Source of the DNA: Chiloscyllium plagiosum
Lineage: Eukaryota
DNA: 64,000 bases
Direction of reading: 5' to 3'
Assembly: GCF_004010195.1 (NCBI RefSeq)
Contig: NC_057719.1
Location: 84,164,504-84,228,503 of the forward strand
This document shows positions 1 through 12,329 of the stretch, one piece after another. A model generated the notes under the pieces. That model was not told the DNA's origin and did not search any database. It saw only the letters and a program-made list of their open reading frames with translations. Positions within the stretch are counted from its first letter, which is position 1, and each line of letters begins with the position of its first letter. The position numbers were made by a program, and so were the translations under genes.

Positions 1-114
1 GGGGCGGGGTTAGACGTGGTGACGGAAATAGATGTGGGGGCGGGGTTAGGCATGCAGTCAGAGATCGGCGAAGGGGCGGGGTTAGGCGTGGTGACGGAAC
101 TCGCCGGGGGGGCG
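1..114. repeat. GC-rich minisatellite with a 36-bp period, cut by the window edge
   Basis: GGGGCGGGGTTAG starts at 1, 37 and 73; GGGGCG recurs at 109. Confidence 0.85.
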
Positions 115-672
115 AAGCCCATTCATCTACACTATTCCATTTACATCCATATGCCTGTCCAATGAAGACATAAATGAACTTAAACTTGGCGAATCTACCA
201 TTGCAGGCAATGCATTCCATATCCTTACTACTCTGAGTAAAGAAACTACCTCTGACATCTGTCTTATACCTATCTTCCCTCACTTTAAAGCTGTGTCCCC
301 TCATGTTTGCCTTCCCCACGCTTGGAAAAAGGCTCTCCCTGTCCACTCTATCTAACCCTCTGATTATCTTGTATATCTCTATTAAGTCACCTCTCAACCT
401 TCTTCTCTCTAGCGAGAACAGCCTCAAGTCCCTCAGCCTTTCCTTATAAGACATTCCCTCCATACCAGGCAACATCCTAGTTAATCTCCTCTGCACCCTC
501 TCCAAAGCACCAACATCCTTCTTATAGTGCGGTGACCAGAACTGTACACAATACTCCAAGTGTGGCCGCACCAGAGCTTTGTACAGCTGCAGCACAACCT
601 CCTGGTTCCGGAACTCAATCCCTCTATTAATAAAGGCCAAAACACTGTATTGCCTTCTTAACAACCCTGTCA
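115..672 (-). mobile_element. CR1-type LINE, 3' fragment
   Basis: Reverse complement resembles the ORF2 C-terminus and 3' UTR of the CR1 at 62500-63135. Confidence 0.85.
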
Positions 673-2774
673 GTTATTTGAAAAGATTCAATCAAATTAT
701 CAAAATCCCCAACTCACCTGAATGACGAACTTGGATTAAATGGACAAGCTAATCAGGTTCCTGCACTGAACAAGTATATAACTGTTTATTACAAATACAT
801 CGTCTTTAATCAATGGAAATTAGGAAATGTGAATTACTAACCTATAACTCTACAACTTAATTTGATCCTTTCTATTACCTTCACTTTTGTGAGACTTTTA
901 AGCAGTTTTCTATTTGCAGGCTGCGTGGTTCTCTGCTGCACTTACAATAATCGCACAATAATCACTTGGTCAGGAGTGATTCAGAGCATTGTCAAGCAAC
1001 CTTCCCTTAGTTCAGAACTCTTAGTGTCTGCTTCTGGTCTCACCATTCCAGGAAAGTGCAACATGCATTCAACTCAATGTTTTCCAGCAAACATAAGTTG
1101 TAAAACTGCACCCATCTCTTTGCACAGTCACCTTGGTTTCAAGCAGTACCTGTCAATTTTAGTTTACAGTCCAAATGTAAAGGAAATGAAAAGGTTTGAT
1201 CTTTACAGGGGGAGAATTGGACTAGATGCTAAGTCCTTTACCATAAAAATACACTGAAATTTTTATCTGCACAACATTCTGCTTCTGCCTTCCTTGATGA
1301 TTAAGTAGCGGGTTCAGCAGGGTAAAGCCAGCAAATATAAATCATCTCAGGTAGTTGCTAAGGTTCCAGCAAACGGACAACTGAAAAAATAACATGCCTC
1401 ACATATCTGCATCAAGTCTTCAATGCTTACCCAGACAAAAAAGATAGTCAAAAAGAGTGTCTGGTACACAAATACTGTAGAGGTCATTTCCATTTGGGTT
1501 CAAAGACATCCTGCCTGCCAGCCTGTCTGTGCCCTAACCAAATAAATTTGCCAATCTGACAACCAGCTAGATGGAATGAACCAATACCCGAACAACTATT
1601 AAAGAAATGCCTTGAAAATGGAATTTTGCAAACAACTTGCATTTATGCAACACACTCAATAGAGTATTAAAATCCAAAGACAAAATATGACACATAAGGG
1701 AAACATTAGTACAGGTAACCAAAGATTTGTCTATAAGGTGGGTTTTAAGGAGTATCTTAAATGAGAAGGGAGAAGAGGAATTACTTCAACATTCCAGAAC
1801 TTCAGGCCTTGACACCTGAGGGAACATCCAACAAATATGGAAGAATTGTTGGAGTACTGAAATCTTAGGCAGTTGCAAGGCCTGAGGAGGGTGTAGAGGT
1901 AGGATGGGGTGAAACCGAAGAGATATTTGGAGATAATGGATGAAAATGTTTAATAACCAAGTCTTTTTTTCCAGATTTGGTGTGAAATAGAACAGCAGCA
2001 GTGAAGTTTTGGATGCACTTGAACTTACACACACGGACCAGGAAAACACTGGAGAAAACAGCCATATTCTTTCTAGCTTCAGGAAGCAACTAGCAAATTG
2101 AAAAGACAGCCAATTTTCTGGAAGCAAATGTGGAATTTTGGAAAACTGAAATTAAAGCCAAAAAATCATCGAAGCACTTAACAGAGAACCAACAAACAAG
2201 TTAACAGTTTAAGACTCCAGATTCTTCATCAAAACTGGTAAATATTACAAAGAAAAGCACAAGGCAAGGAACGGAGGAAGGGAAAAGAAGCAAAGGAAAA
2301 AGACATTGAATGACCTCTTTAGTGGTTAGATGGAGGACATCTTTAAAATAGTTAAAGAGTTTAAAAGAGTACACTCCAATGTATATTTTCAAATATTCCA
2401 GACTAGGGACTAGAAACATAAAAGTCACTGACAATAAATTATGAAAAACTTTCTTTATCTGTATGTGGTTAGTATGCAGAACTTGCTGCTACAATGGAGT
2501 AGTTGAGTTGAATAGCAGTTTCATATAAAGGGGTAGTGACACATGGACAATTCATTCCTATTACTTTGTTGATTATTGCGAGTGGATCGATAGAGCAGTA
2601 ATTGGCCAAGTTGGATTTGTCCTGCCTTTTATGAACATATCATACCTGGAAATTTCCACATTACCGGATAGATGCCAGTGTTATAACAGTACTGGAATAG
2701 TTTGGCGAGTCTTGTGGCTAGTTCTGGAGCACAGGTATTCAATATCCTTGCCAGAGTATCATTAGACCCACAGC

Positions 2775-3370
2775 TTTTCATAAGGGAAATATTAGGAGCT
2801 GTTATAGTGGGCACTTAGAATAATTCAAGGTAAAAGGCAGAGTCAATTGAGATTTGTGACCGGGAAATATTCGACTAATTTACTGGAATCCTTTGGAAGA
2901 AGTAACGCTTGTTTTGGATAAATAAGAACAGTAAATATACTGTACTTAGATTTCCTGAAGGCATTTGATAAAGAAACACATCAAAGGCCACTGTGGAAAA
3001 CTAACAGTTATGGTATAGAAGGTATTTTATTGTATTGGCATGAATAGAAGATTGGCTAGCTGAAAGGAAGCAGAGTATAAGCATAAATCTTCTGGCTGGC
3101 AAAATGCACAGGGATCATGTACAATTTATATAAAGCACTAAGATGAAGGGACAGAAGGTGTGGTTGCTATATTTACTGATGGCACAAAGATAGGTAGAAA
3201 GAAAAGTTGTGAGGAGAACAAGGTCCAAATTGATATAGATACATCAATTGAGTGAGCAGAGATCTGTCGAATTGAGAATAATGTGGGAAAATATTAAATT
3301 GTCCATTTCAGCACAAAGAATAAGCAGCAAGTGTATTATCTCCAAGGTTGGAAATTGTGGAGCTGAGAAT
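2775..3370 (+). mobile_element. Degenerate CR1 RT fragment
   Basis: TACTTAGATTTCCTGAAGGCATTTGATAAA (YLDFLKAFDK) and a decayed FADDTK-like stretch. Confidence 0.75.
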
Positions 3371-4959
3371 GAAAAGGGTAGCTTCAGCCTCTTTAATATT
3401 TCACTTGGTAATTTCATGGTCCCAACTTATACATGGCCTGCAGGGAGACTTTCAAATTGCTCCACAGCTTAGAGGGGACATTAGTGCAGAATATCCATCA
3501 GTTTGATGTTTTGACAGATGGCCACCACCCCAAGACCTAACCATTTTTGTCACACCTAGCCCACATAGTAGCGGAATAGCACAAACAGGGCACACCACGA
3601 GAAAGCTGACATCACTGGTAAGGGACGCAAAGCTGCAGCCAGTCTCAAAGATGGCACTGCAGGAAGGTCTTCAGAGTTAAGAACAATTTTCATAAAAAAC
3701 TAATACATAAATTGGACAAATGAAAGCTGGCACAGCTTCCCCCACTTCTGCTCCTGAACTTTGTCTCTTTCCTGCCAAGGCCCCAGTTTCTGGCTTGCCT
3801 CCCTCTCCTCTTTGTCAGCAGCGCATGTGCTGGTGACGACATCAACGTGCAGATAATTCCTGCAGCCTGTTCTGTCACAGCCAACTGATGTCATGGGCCA
3901 TGTCTGCCCCTACATGGAGGCCATTTTGGTGTTATGGATAATAATTCTAAAGTCGCCTGAATTATATCAGTATGGCAAATAGAGGTGCTATCAAACCATT
4001 CTCAACCCCTGAAACTTAATGTTTATTTTCTTATGTCTTCATAGGATGTGAGAATTTTTGGCAAGGCCAGCATCATCCCCAGTTGCCCTTTAGAAGATGA
4101 AGGTTAGCCACCTTCTTGAACCACTGATATACATATGGTGAAAGTACTCCCTTAGAACTGAGGTGACCAGGAAGTTCCACAATTTCAACCCAGTGACTTG
4201 TAATAGTCACTTTCTGATCAGGTCAAGCTGAAGCCTGACTGATAGAATATTCCACATTGCTGTTTATGCCCTGGGTTCCGGGCATAAATATTCCTACCTG
4301 TGAAAATCTTACGTTGCGTGCAAGTGTCGATCCTTGAGAACGAGGGTGTCAAATCTTCAAACGCAAGTTATGGGGTTAGAAATGTTTCTTTTTGTTTTGG
4401 GTTACACTTTTACTAAATTAAAGAAACAGGTTCAATTTGGGAGTGCCACAGCATACCTCAAGCCAAGACGAATGGACTATAAAATGACATGCCGCGTGAA
4501 TTGTGGACATTTTTCTTCAAATTAAAGGGCATAATACAGAGCAACCGACATATCCGCGGAATTGTTTTTCCTCAGTTTACCGCAGCCTGAACAAATTACA
4601 GGGAACGTTCCAGAAGCAGGGGGCTGAGGCTGCCGGGAAGGTACGTTTCCCATTTAAACGGGTGGGTTCGCTTCTATCCGCGGTTTTGGGCTTCCGCAGT
4701 AGGTCTTGGAACGTGTTCCCCCGTGGGTATGGGGGAACTACTGCATTGCACTACTATCTTAGACATGCCCATAAACTGAAGGTGGCTACTCAGAAGCGTA
4801 TTTAATACATTCCTTCCATCAGTTGTTCTGCTGAGATAATATTACTGCTAGCTTATTGCAACATCAGAAGCAGACTATTTGTTTTTCTTCATCCCTTCCA
4901 AAGGCCATTACTGCCAAATGTCTGGAAAAGGGAACTGCAAAATCTTTTTTTTATATTTG

Positions 4960-5465
4960 TTCACAGGACGTGGGTGTCACTGGCCAGGTAGCATTCTTTT
5001 TTTATCTGTCCATTCTGCAGGCACCCCTGCCTCTATTCCTGATGAAGGGCTTTTGTCCGAAACGTCGATTTTCCTGCTCCTCGGATGCTGCCTGACCTGC
5101 TGTGCTTTTCCAGCACCACTCTAATCTAGACGCTGGTTTCCAGCATCTGCAGTCCTTGTTTTTACCTAGACAGCATTTACTGTCCATCCCTAATTGCCCA
5201 CAGGGCAGTTAAGAGCCAACCACATTGCCGTGGGTCTGGATTCATATGCAGACCTGACCACGTAATGATGGCAGTTTCCTTCCCTAGTGAACCAGATAGG
5301 TTTTTCCAACAATCAGAAATGGATTCATGGTCATCACTAGATTCCTAATTCCAGATCTGTTATTTTTGAATTCAAATTCGACCATCTGCTGTGCATACCC
5401 AGAACATTTCCTGGGTCTCTGGATTGATAGCCTAGGGATAATACCACTAGGCCATTGCCTCCCCC
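4960..5465 (-). mobile_element. tRNA-headed SINE (second family), interrupted by a PLE terminus at about 5015-5168
   Basis: Minus strand starts GGGAGGCAATGGCCTAGTGG (A-box-like). Its 3' tail resembles the LINE end near 19310. Related decayed copies lie at about 38125-38250 and 59160-59390. Confidence 0.7.
5035..5070 (+). ncRNA. Minimal type I hammerhead ribozyme motif (family A), in a PLE terminus
   Basis: attc CTGATGA a gggc-tttt-gtcc GAAA cg TC gatt. Core intact, ACGT palindrome in place of stem III, one U-U mismatch in stem I. Predicted cleavage after 5066. Confidence 0.8.
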
Positions 5466-5635
5466 TCAGCCTTGAACAGCCTTGGGGAGACCTATAAAGA
5501 ATCTTGCCTGTGAGACCTAGAACATTCAGGATCAAATATCTCTCAACTCTATCTACAACTTATAAGTATTACAATCTTCTGAAAAATGGATTTTTTGTGA
5601 TCTTACTTTTCAAAATTGGCTCTTCCATTCTCTCC

Positions 5636-6428
5636 GAGAGTGTGGTTAATGAGCTGCCAGAGGAAGTGGTGGAGGTGTGGACAATTACAGCACGTAAAAG
5701 GCATCTGGATGGGTATATGAATAGGAAGGGTTTAGAGGGATTTGGGCCAAGTGCTGGAAAATAGTCATAGAGATGTACAGCACAGAAACAGACCCTTCGG
5801 ACCAACGCGTCCTCTCCAACCAGATATCCTAAATTAATCTAATCCCATTTTCTTGCACTTGGCCCATATCCCTCTAAACCCTTCTTATTCATTTACCCAC
5901 CCACATGCCTTTTAAATGTTGTAATTGTACCAACCTCCACCATAGAGTCATAGAGATGTACAGCATGGAAACAGACCCTTCGGTCCAACCAGTCCATGCC
6001 ACTTCCTCTGGCAGCTCATTCCATACACGCACTACTCTCTGCATGAGAAAGTTGCCCCTTGTGTCCCTTTTAAGTCTTTCCCCTCTCACCCTAAACCTAT
6101 GCCCTCTAGTTCTGGACTCCCCCCACCCCAGAAAAAAGACCTTGGCTATTTACCTTATCGACGCCCCTCATGATTTTATAAGGCCACCCCTCAGTCTCTG
6201 ATGCTCCAGGGAAAATAGCACCAAGCTATTCAGCCTCTCCCTTTAGCTCAAATCTTGCAACCCAAGCAACATCCTTGTAAATCTTTTCTGAACCCTTTCA
6301 AGTTTCACAACATCCTTCCTATAGCAGCAAGACCAGAATTACACACAATATTCCAAAAGTGGCACAACAGTGGTTTGGGATAACTGATCCGCAATGTCAA
6401 GTTGGACCCAACAGTCTGTTTCTGTGCT
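5636..6428. mobile_element. Nested CR1 3' ends: a + strand copy split by a - strand copy (5762-6365), itself split by a short tail (5941-6000)
   Basis: The WNELPEEVV region and the (CTATGA) terminal repeats occur in both orientations. Confidence 0.8.
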
Positions 6429-9400
6429 GTACGACTCTATGATTCTATGTGAACCTCAGAAATCTTCAAAGGATGTATAGCTTTGGAAATGCACTCTAAA
6501 ACCAGAAACGAGTGCAGTTTTACCTGCGTGCAAATAGCTACGAATAGCTACAGTATCACTTTGAATTGGAAAAAGTAAATTGAATGCATTGCGGGTCGGC
6601 TAATGATTTGGACTTGAGCATTGACAGTACAAAGTTGAATCTGCTGATTATACAAGCAAAGGAGTTTAGCAGACAGTGATCAGGTCTTGTAAAGTCTCAG
6701 AATATGGACTGTAGGTTGAGCAGCAGAAAGACAGTTAAATTCATAGAGTGGGCAATGCAGATTCACCAGATTGATACTGGGTATAGAAAACTGTAATTAT
6801 AAGGAGAGTTGAGAGACTGGGCCTATTTCTACTGGAGAAGGGAAGCCAAGAGATCTTCCCAAGAGATCCAACATATTCAAAGATATATTTTAGAATGGTG
6901 TCAGCTTTTGGGAGGATGAAGCACAAAGGAACATTTCCCTGCTTCAGGAATTAGTTTAGAATACAAATTCAAAATCGTCACTAAGTAGGGTGAGGATTAC
7001 CAAAAACTGCTTGAACACAAAGATCTTACAGCATGAAATGCTGCAGAACACGGGTATAATTTAAGCAAACACTATTACTCTTTCAAAGGAAATGCAGGTC
7101 ACCAATTGATGGATCTTTGGGAGTCTACAGGAAAGCAGGATTTGTTTTAGCCAGTTTAGAAAGAATGGCAACATGCCTCTTGTTGAACAATTCAATTGCT
7201 CAAAGGGCAAACAGGCATTTAGATAGTAAGCCGAGTATCTTAGTTCTCAAATTAAACCTAATGAAGATGATCCAACGAGGTCAGGCTCTACCTATTGTGT
7301 TAACCCTTGGACTCTCTCAAAGAATATGATTTTTGTACTGCACCCAATTTTCATCTATGAAGGGGATGCATCAATCTGCGAACAAAACCATATGATAGGA
7401 AAGAGGTTGGAGGAGGAGAACTGGCAATTTCCTTCAGGCACAGCAAGACTCAATATTCATCAAATGTATAGCTTCACGCCAAAACAAGATCCAGCCCATC
7501 TCTTGAGTATTAATAAATGGATATTTACCAAAAGAGTTCAACATCTCCATCCTTAGTCGAGAAGACAAAGTTTGCTCATCTTGTTTATTTCTTCACCCCA
7601 GTTTGGGATTGTACTGAACTCTGCAACCCTGCCAGGGAGATGTGACTTCAGATTCATTTTTATTTGTTGGGTTTCCCATTTCATTACCCTTTTCTGTTGA
7701 GGGTAGAATACCCTGACTTTCGAATCTGCTATACTGACAGTCTCCATTGTTGTACAAGAACCAAGCCGATCCGTGACCAAAGAAGGGAAACCAAGAAATT
7801 GTGTCAATACGGAGAATTTAGTAATTCAGTGATAATGTTTGTGCAGGTGACAATCAATTGAAGCTTTAGTGCCCTAACTAGTGCCACGATTCCAATAGTG
7901 TAAGCAAATCAATCTGAAGCCAGGTATTATAGTTAATGCCAGCAAACATTCTTCCAAGATTATTAGTCAGTATAGGAACCATATACAACATTAGACTGAG
8001 GTTACAATAATGCTTTCCAAAGGCTCACATCAAGCTCAAGTCAAATGCAGTGCTGTCAAGTCAAATGAATTGCAGCTATTGTTCTGGAGAAAGAAAAACA
8101 AGGTCCATTTGATGAAGCCTGCTTTAGGGGCTGGGACATAACTTAAGGCTTATTGCCAATTTCTTCAACTTTGTAAAGAGTACAGTTAACCATTCGTGGT
8201 CTTTTGGAGCTTGATTTAAACACTTCCCAAATTGGTGGGAAAGACAGACAGACTATTAAAAAACCTCATATTCTGGGTTCATACCAAAGTTATACGAGTG
8301 CACTATAAATCAGACTTGTTGACTATTGGAGGGCTGTACCAAAAACTCAACATGTATCTCTCCAAGGGACGGGCTGGCATTTCCCTTTTTCCTCTTTCAG
8401 TCTTTCTAAAGAGTTTGACCACATTAGGTGTTTTGGCAGACTTCCTCACTGTGCAGTGGAGGGAGTTTTCGTCATTGCAAAAAAATTCCCTGCATTTTAT
8501 TTAAGAGAATTTCTGGAACAACCTGCTCAGAAACAGAAGAAAGCTTGAAGCTCTGACAATTCACTATGTGTTCTGCACAATGTTACATATTAGTACATTT
8601 ACTGAACAAACATCAATACAAATAATGGCTTCTATCAAGCTTCTCTCTTCAAGCACACAGTGATGTTTTTCAACTGGCTTGCCAAGGCTGTCAAGGAAAA
8701 TGCAATTTGAAGCAAACACAACTTTGAGGTTTCTAACTTTTAAATCTTGCCATTAGAAATGTGTTTTGGTAAGTGTGCCCACTTTCATGTCCATGAAATT
8801 TTATATTTTCATCACTCCATATCAGCATTTTTATTGCATTGGTTTTTCCTGCATCAATTCATTTTCCTGTATCAGAGTCTAGCAGAGTATATTTTTATAT
8901 ACAAGTGTATTTTTTCAGGAGAGTGAACCATGCAGTCGAAGAACTCCTGGAGCTTGGACCCAACAGAGTGAAAATAAATTAAGATCAGCTCTTTGTCCAG
9001 GTCTTTGGGGTTGGATCCAACATGTCTCCTCTCTTTTTCACTCAACTAGCATGATCAGCTTGAATAACACTCCAATCCACAAGATCAAGTCTGGGCAAAG
9101 AATGCTCAACCTATGCCAGCCATGTAGCAAACAGAATTTATAATATGAAGAGTATCAAATAGCTCAATTTTACAGGATGCCATGTTCCTGTTTCTGGCTA
9201 CAAAGTCTTTAAAAGCAGACTCTTGCTTCCATTACAGATTTGCATCCAATCTTCGATTTCAACTGACTGAATCAGATCATCTTCATCCATTGCAATTAGC
9301 CCTCCCACAATTATTGTTACTGTTATTCTGATTATTCTTGTCCCTTTCCATAGCTAAATTAAGCAGTAGATTGATCACTGATCCCAAAATATTCCTCTGC

Positions 9401-11049
9401 AGACACATGAGCCATTGTATTCTCTAGAACCATGTCCTGCAAGGTCTCCTACCCGTTTTTCCAGAAATACACTAATCCAGCAAACTCACCCCTCTCTGCC
9501 TTTTCATACTGTCACTACTCCAGCCTATATTAGAAAAGCCTATATTAGCCCCTCATTGGAAACAAACGCACCTTTCAGGAATTTGTTAGCAAATTTATTT
9601 CCCAATATCTTTCTCAGTGCTTAGTGGCCCAAATAGACTCTGTCATTGACTCCTTCACGATATCCTCTTTCTCCAGCACTGTAACATTCTAAGTAATAAA
9701 TTCTGTCAATCCTCTTTCCTTCTATCTCCCCAGCTTCCTTGAATGTCTTATTTACAGGAATGGTTAGGATCCTGAGCCATTTTGAGGCAGTTCCTGGTTA
9801 TCATCTCAATTATCTACTCTTCTGGCTCACCACATTTATTTACCACAATCATATAGATGCCCGTGTACCCAGTAAACCTAATTTAGATCTTATGACATGC
9901 TATCTTACTGTAACCCCAACAAACACCTTCCTATTTCTTAGTCTAGTGTTCTCTGTCTCTCAATTTTTGTGCACCTTCCTTCGTATACCATTTGTCCACT
10001 CATGCATTCATCTCTTCGATTCTCATATACCTAGTGATGTCTAACCACCAATTTTATTAGTTTCAGATATGTTTTCCAGATGTTGATGTAAATACGAACT
10101 AATCTACACCTAGCGTTAACTTTTAGCATGAACAAAACACCTACGTGTCTTACTGTCAAACCAGCACTTGCTTTTAACTCATTGTGTCTAAGGTAGAGCA
10201 TGTGACTTGAAAATATGCAGTCTAAGCTGCTAAACAAGCCCAGATAAAATTAAATAGTAATCCAGTCTATAGACCAAACAAAGGTCTGCCTGTCAGAACA
10301 TGAGCCTATGTTCTTAACCAGGGTGTGCACCAACATGCAACGCTCACTCTGTTGCAGAGTGTGTATTGTAATCCCATATTACCACAGGGAGTAGTTGAGG
10401 TGAATAATGTTTTGAGGTGAAGCTACAGAAGGGAGAAGGGTAGGATAATGCTGAGAAATTAGGAAAGGTTAGAATGCATAGTAAAGTGCACAGTTCTCAT
10501 GGAGGTGAAGTCCTGACTTCACACTGAGGCAATGCCACCCCATCCTAAACAGGAATTGCTTCAGAACAGATCTAGCAACTTAACATTAGGCACTCAAAGT
10601 GCAATGGGAAAAATGGGAAGTGGGAACAGGTACTGACGTAGATCATTAGCCATGATCATATTGAATGGTAGAGCAGGTTCGAGTCACATGGCCTACTCAT
10701 GCTGCTATTTTTTCTCCCCCCAACTCAGTCGACTTTTAACCTTTTCTTTGTCCTTCTCAGAACGGGTAAATCATGACTGCTGGAGATGCTTTCTGCTCGA
10801 CTGGTGGGTGGTGGCGACATGGGGCAGGGAGGAGTCCAGCTTTCTGTATTGTTTTCTTTTGATCTCTTACAGAGGTCCACAGCATAGACAAAGGCCCTTC
10901 AGCCCATCGGGTCTGTGCCAGTCAAAAATTACTTCAATCCTATTTCTAGCACTTAATCCATAGTCTTGTATGTCCTGGCAACATAACTGTACATTTAAAT
11001 ACTTAAGTACTATGAGGGCATTGCAAACATCTAAGAACAGTGCCTCTTA

Positions 11050-12010
11050 AGACCAGAAGACATAGGAGCAGAAACAGACCATTCAGCACATTATGTCAGT
11101 TCCATCATTCAATTCGATCGTGTTTGAGCTGATAATCCTCAACACTACTTTCCTAGCTATTCCCCATAATCCTAGATTCCTTTATGATTAAAAATCTGTC
11201 TATCTTAGCCTTGAACATAACAACCCAGCACAGCCCTCCGCGTTAAAGAATTCTACAGATTCACCACCCTCAAAGAAGAAACTCCTCATCTCTGGCTTAA
11301 ATGGGTCTCCCCTCATTCTGAGATCATGCCCTCTGGTGCTAGATTCTCCCATACAGGAAACTGTTCCACAGCTGCCCTATCAAGTCCTCTAAAAATCTCA
11401 TATACTTCAATAAGGTCACTTCCCATTTTCTAAACTTCAATGAGTATAGACCCAACCTACTCAATCTCTCTTCATCAGATAGTCGCTCCATACTTGATCA
11501 ACCTCGTGAACCTTTTCTGAATTGCTTCCAATTGCAGCGTATCTTTCCTTGGCTAAGGGGCCCAAAACTGTTCATGGTTTTCCAGCTGTGATCCGAGTAC
11601 TGTACTGTATAGTTTTAGCAAATCTTTGCTGTGTTTATACTTCATTCCCTTTGAAATGAAGTCTAACATTCCATTTGCCATTCTTATTACTATTGATCTT
11701 ATATACTTTTTTTGGTGAGTTATGCATGAGGGCTCCCAAATCCCAATGCTCCATAGCTTTCTGTAAATGTTTCCATGTAAATAATATTCATCTCCTCTAT
11801 TCTTTCTGCCAAAGTGCATAACCTCACAGTTTCCCACATTATATTCCATCTGCCGAATGTTTGCACACACACTTAACCCGTCAATATCCCTCTGTAGACT
11901 CTGTGTCATCCACACCACTTGCCTTCCCACCTGCTTTTGTTGCCATCCACAAACTTGGCAATAGTACATTTATGTTCCTAGCCCAAGTCATTAATATATA
12001 TTGTAAGTAA
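11050..12010 (-). mobile_element. CR1 LINE 3' fragment
   Basis: ORF 11553-11969 (LQRDIDGL..QMEYNVGNCEVMHFG) resembles CR1 ORF2. Confidence 0.88.
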
Positions 12011-12329
12011 TTCAGTAGATACTCTACAGTGGTAAAGTAGTGTGAATCCCTTCTATTTAAATATTTCTCTGACTCTGTACATGTATTATCTTCCATGAAT
12101 CCACATAGGACTCTGCAAATACATTCGACATGTACACCTGGATGTAGTGGCCCTCTTTTTTAAAAAAAAAAGTCATGTTGGAATTAAAAGTTCAATGTGC
12201 AGAAATACTTTAGGTTCTTATCAGTCATCCAGATAATGTGCATCCTCAGCCGCAATGATGCTGGAAAACAGCTTACAGGAGCAAAAGACAAGTCTGAAGC
12301 AGTTACAATCACCTCAACATAGTCAGGAG

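Noticed and set aside
1..114. CRISPR-like array or true telomeric repeat
   Set aside because: Eukaryotic context, the spacers are related to one another, there are no cas genes, and TTAGGG is not tandemly repeated.
862..1257. 131-aa ORF, and the many other 60-130-aa ORFs in the track
   Set aside because: No recognisable domains, often non-ATG starts, and most lie in repeats. This is the expected background for vertebrate intronic DNA.
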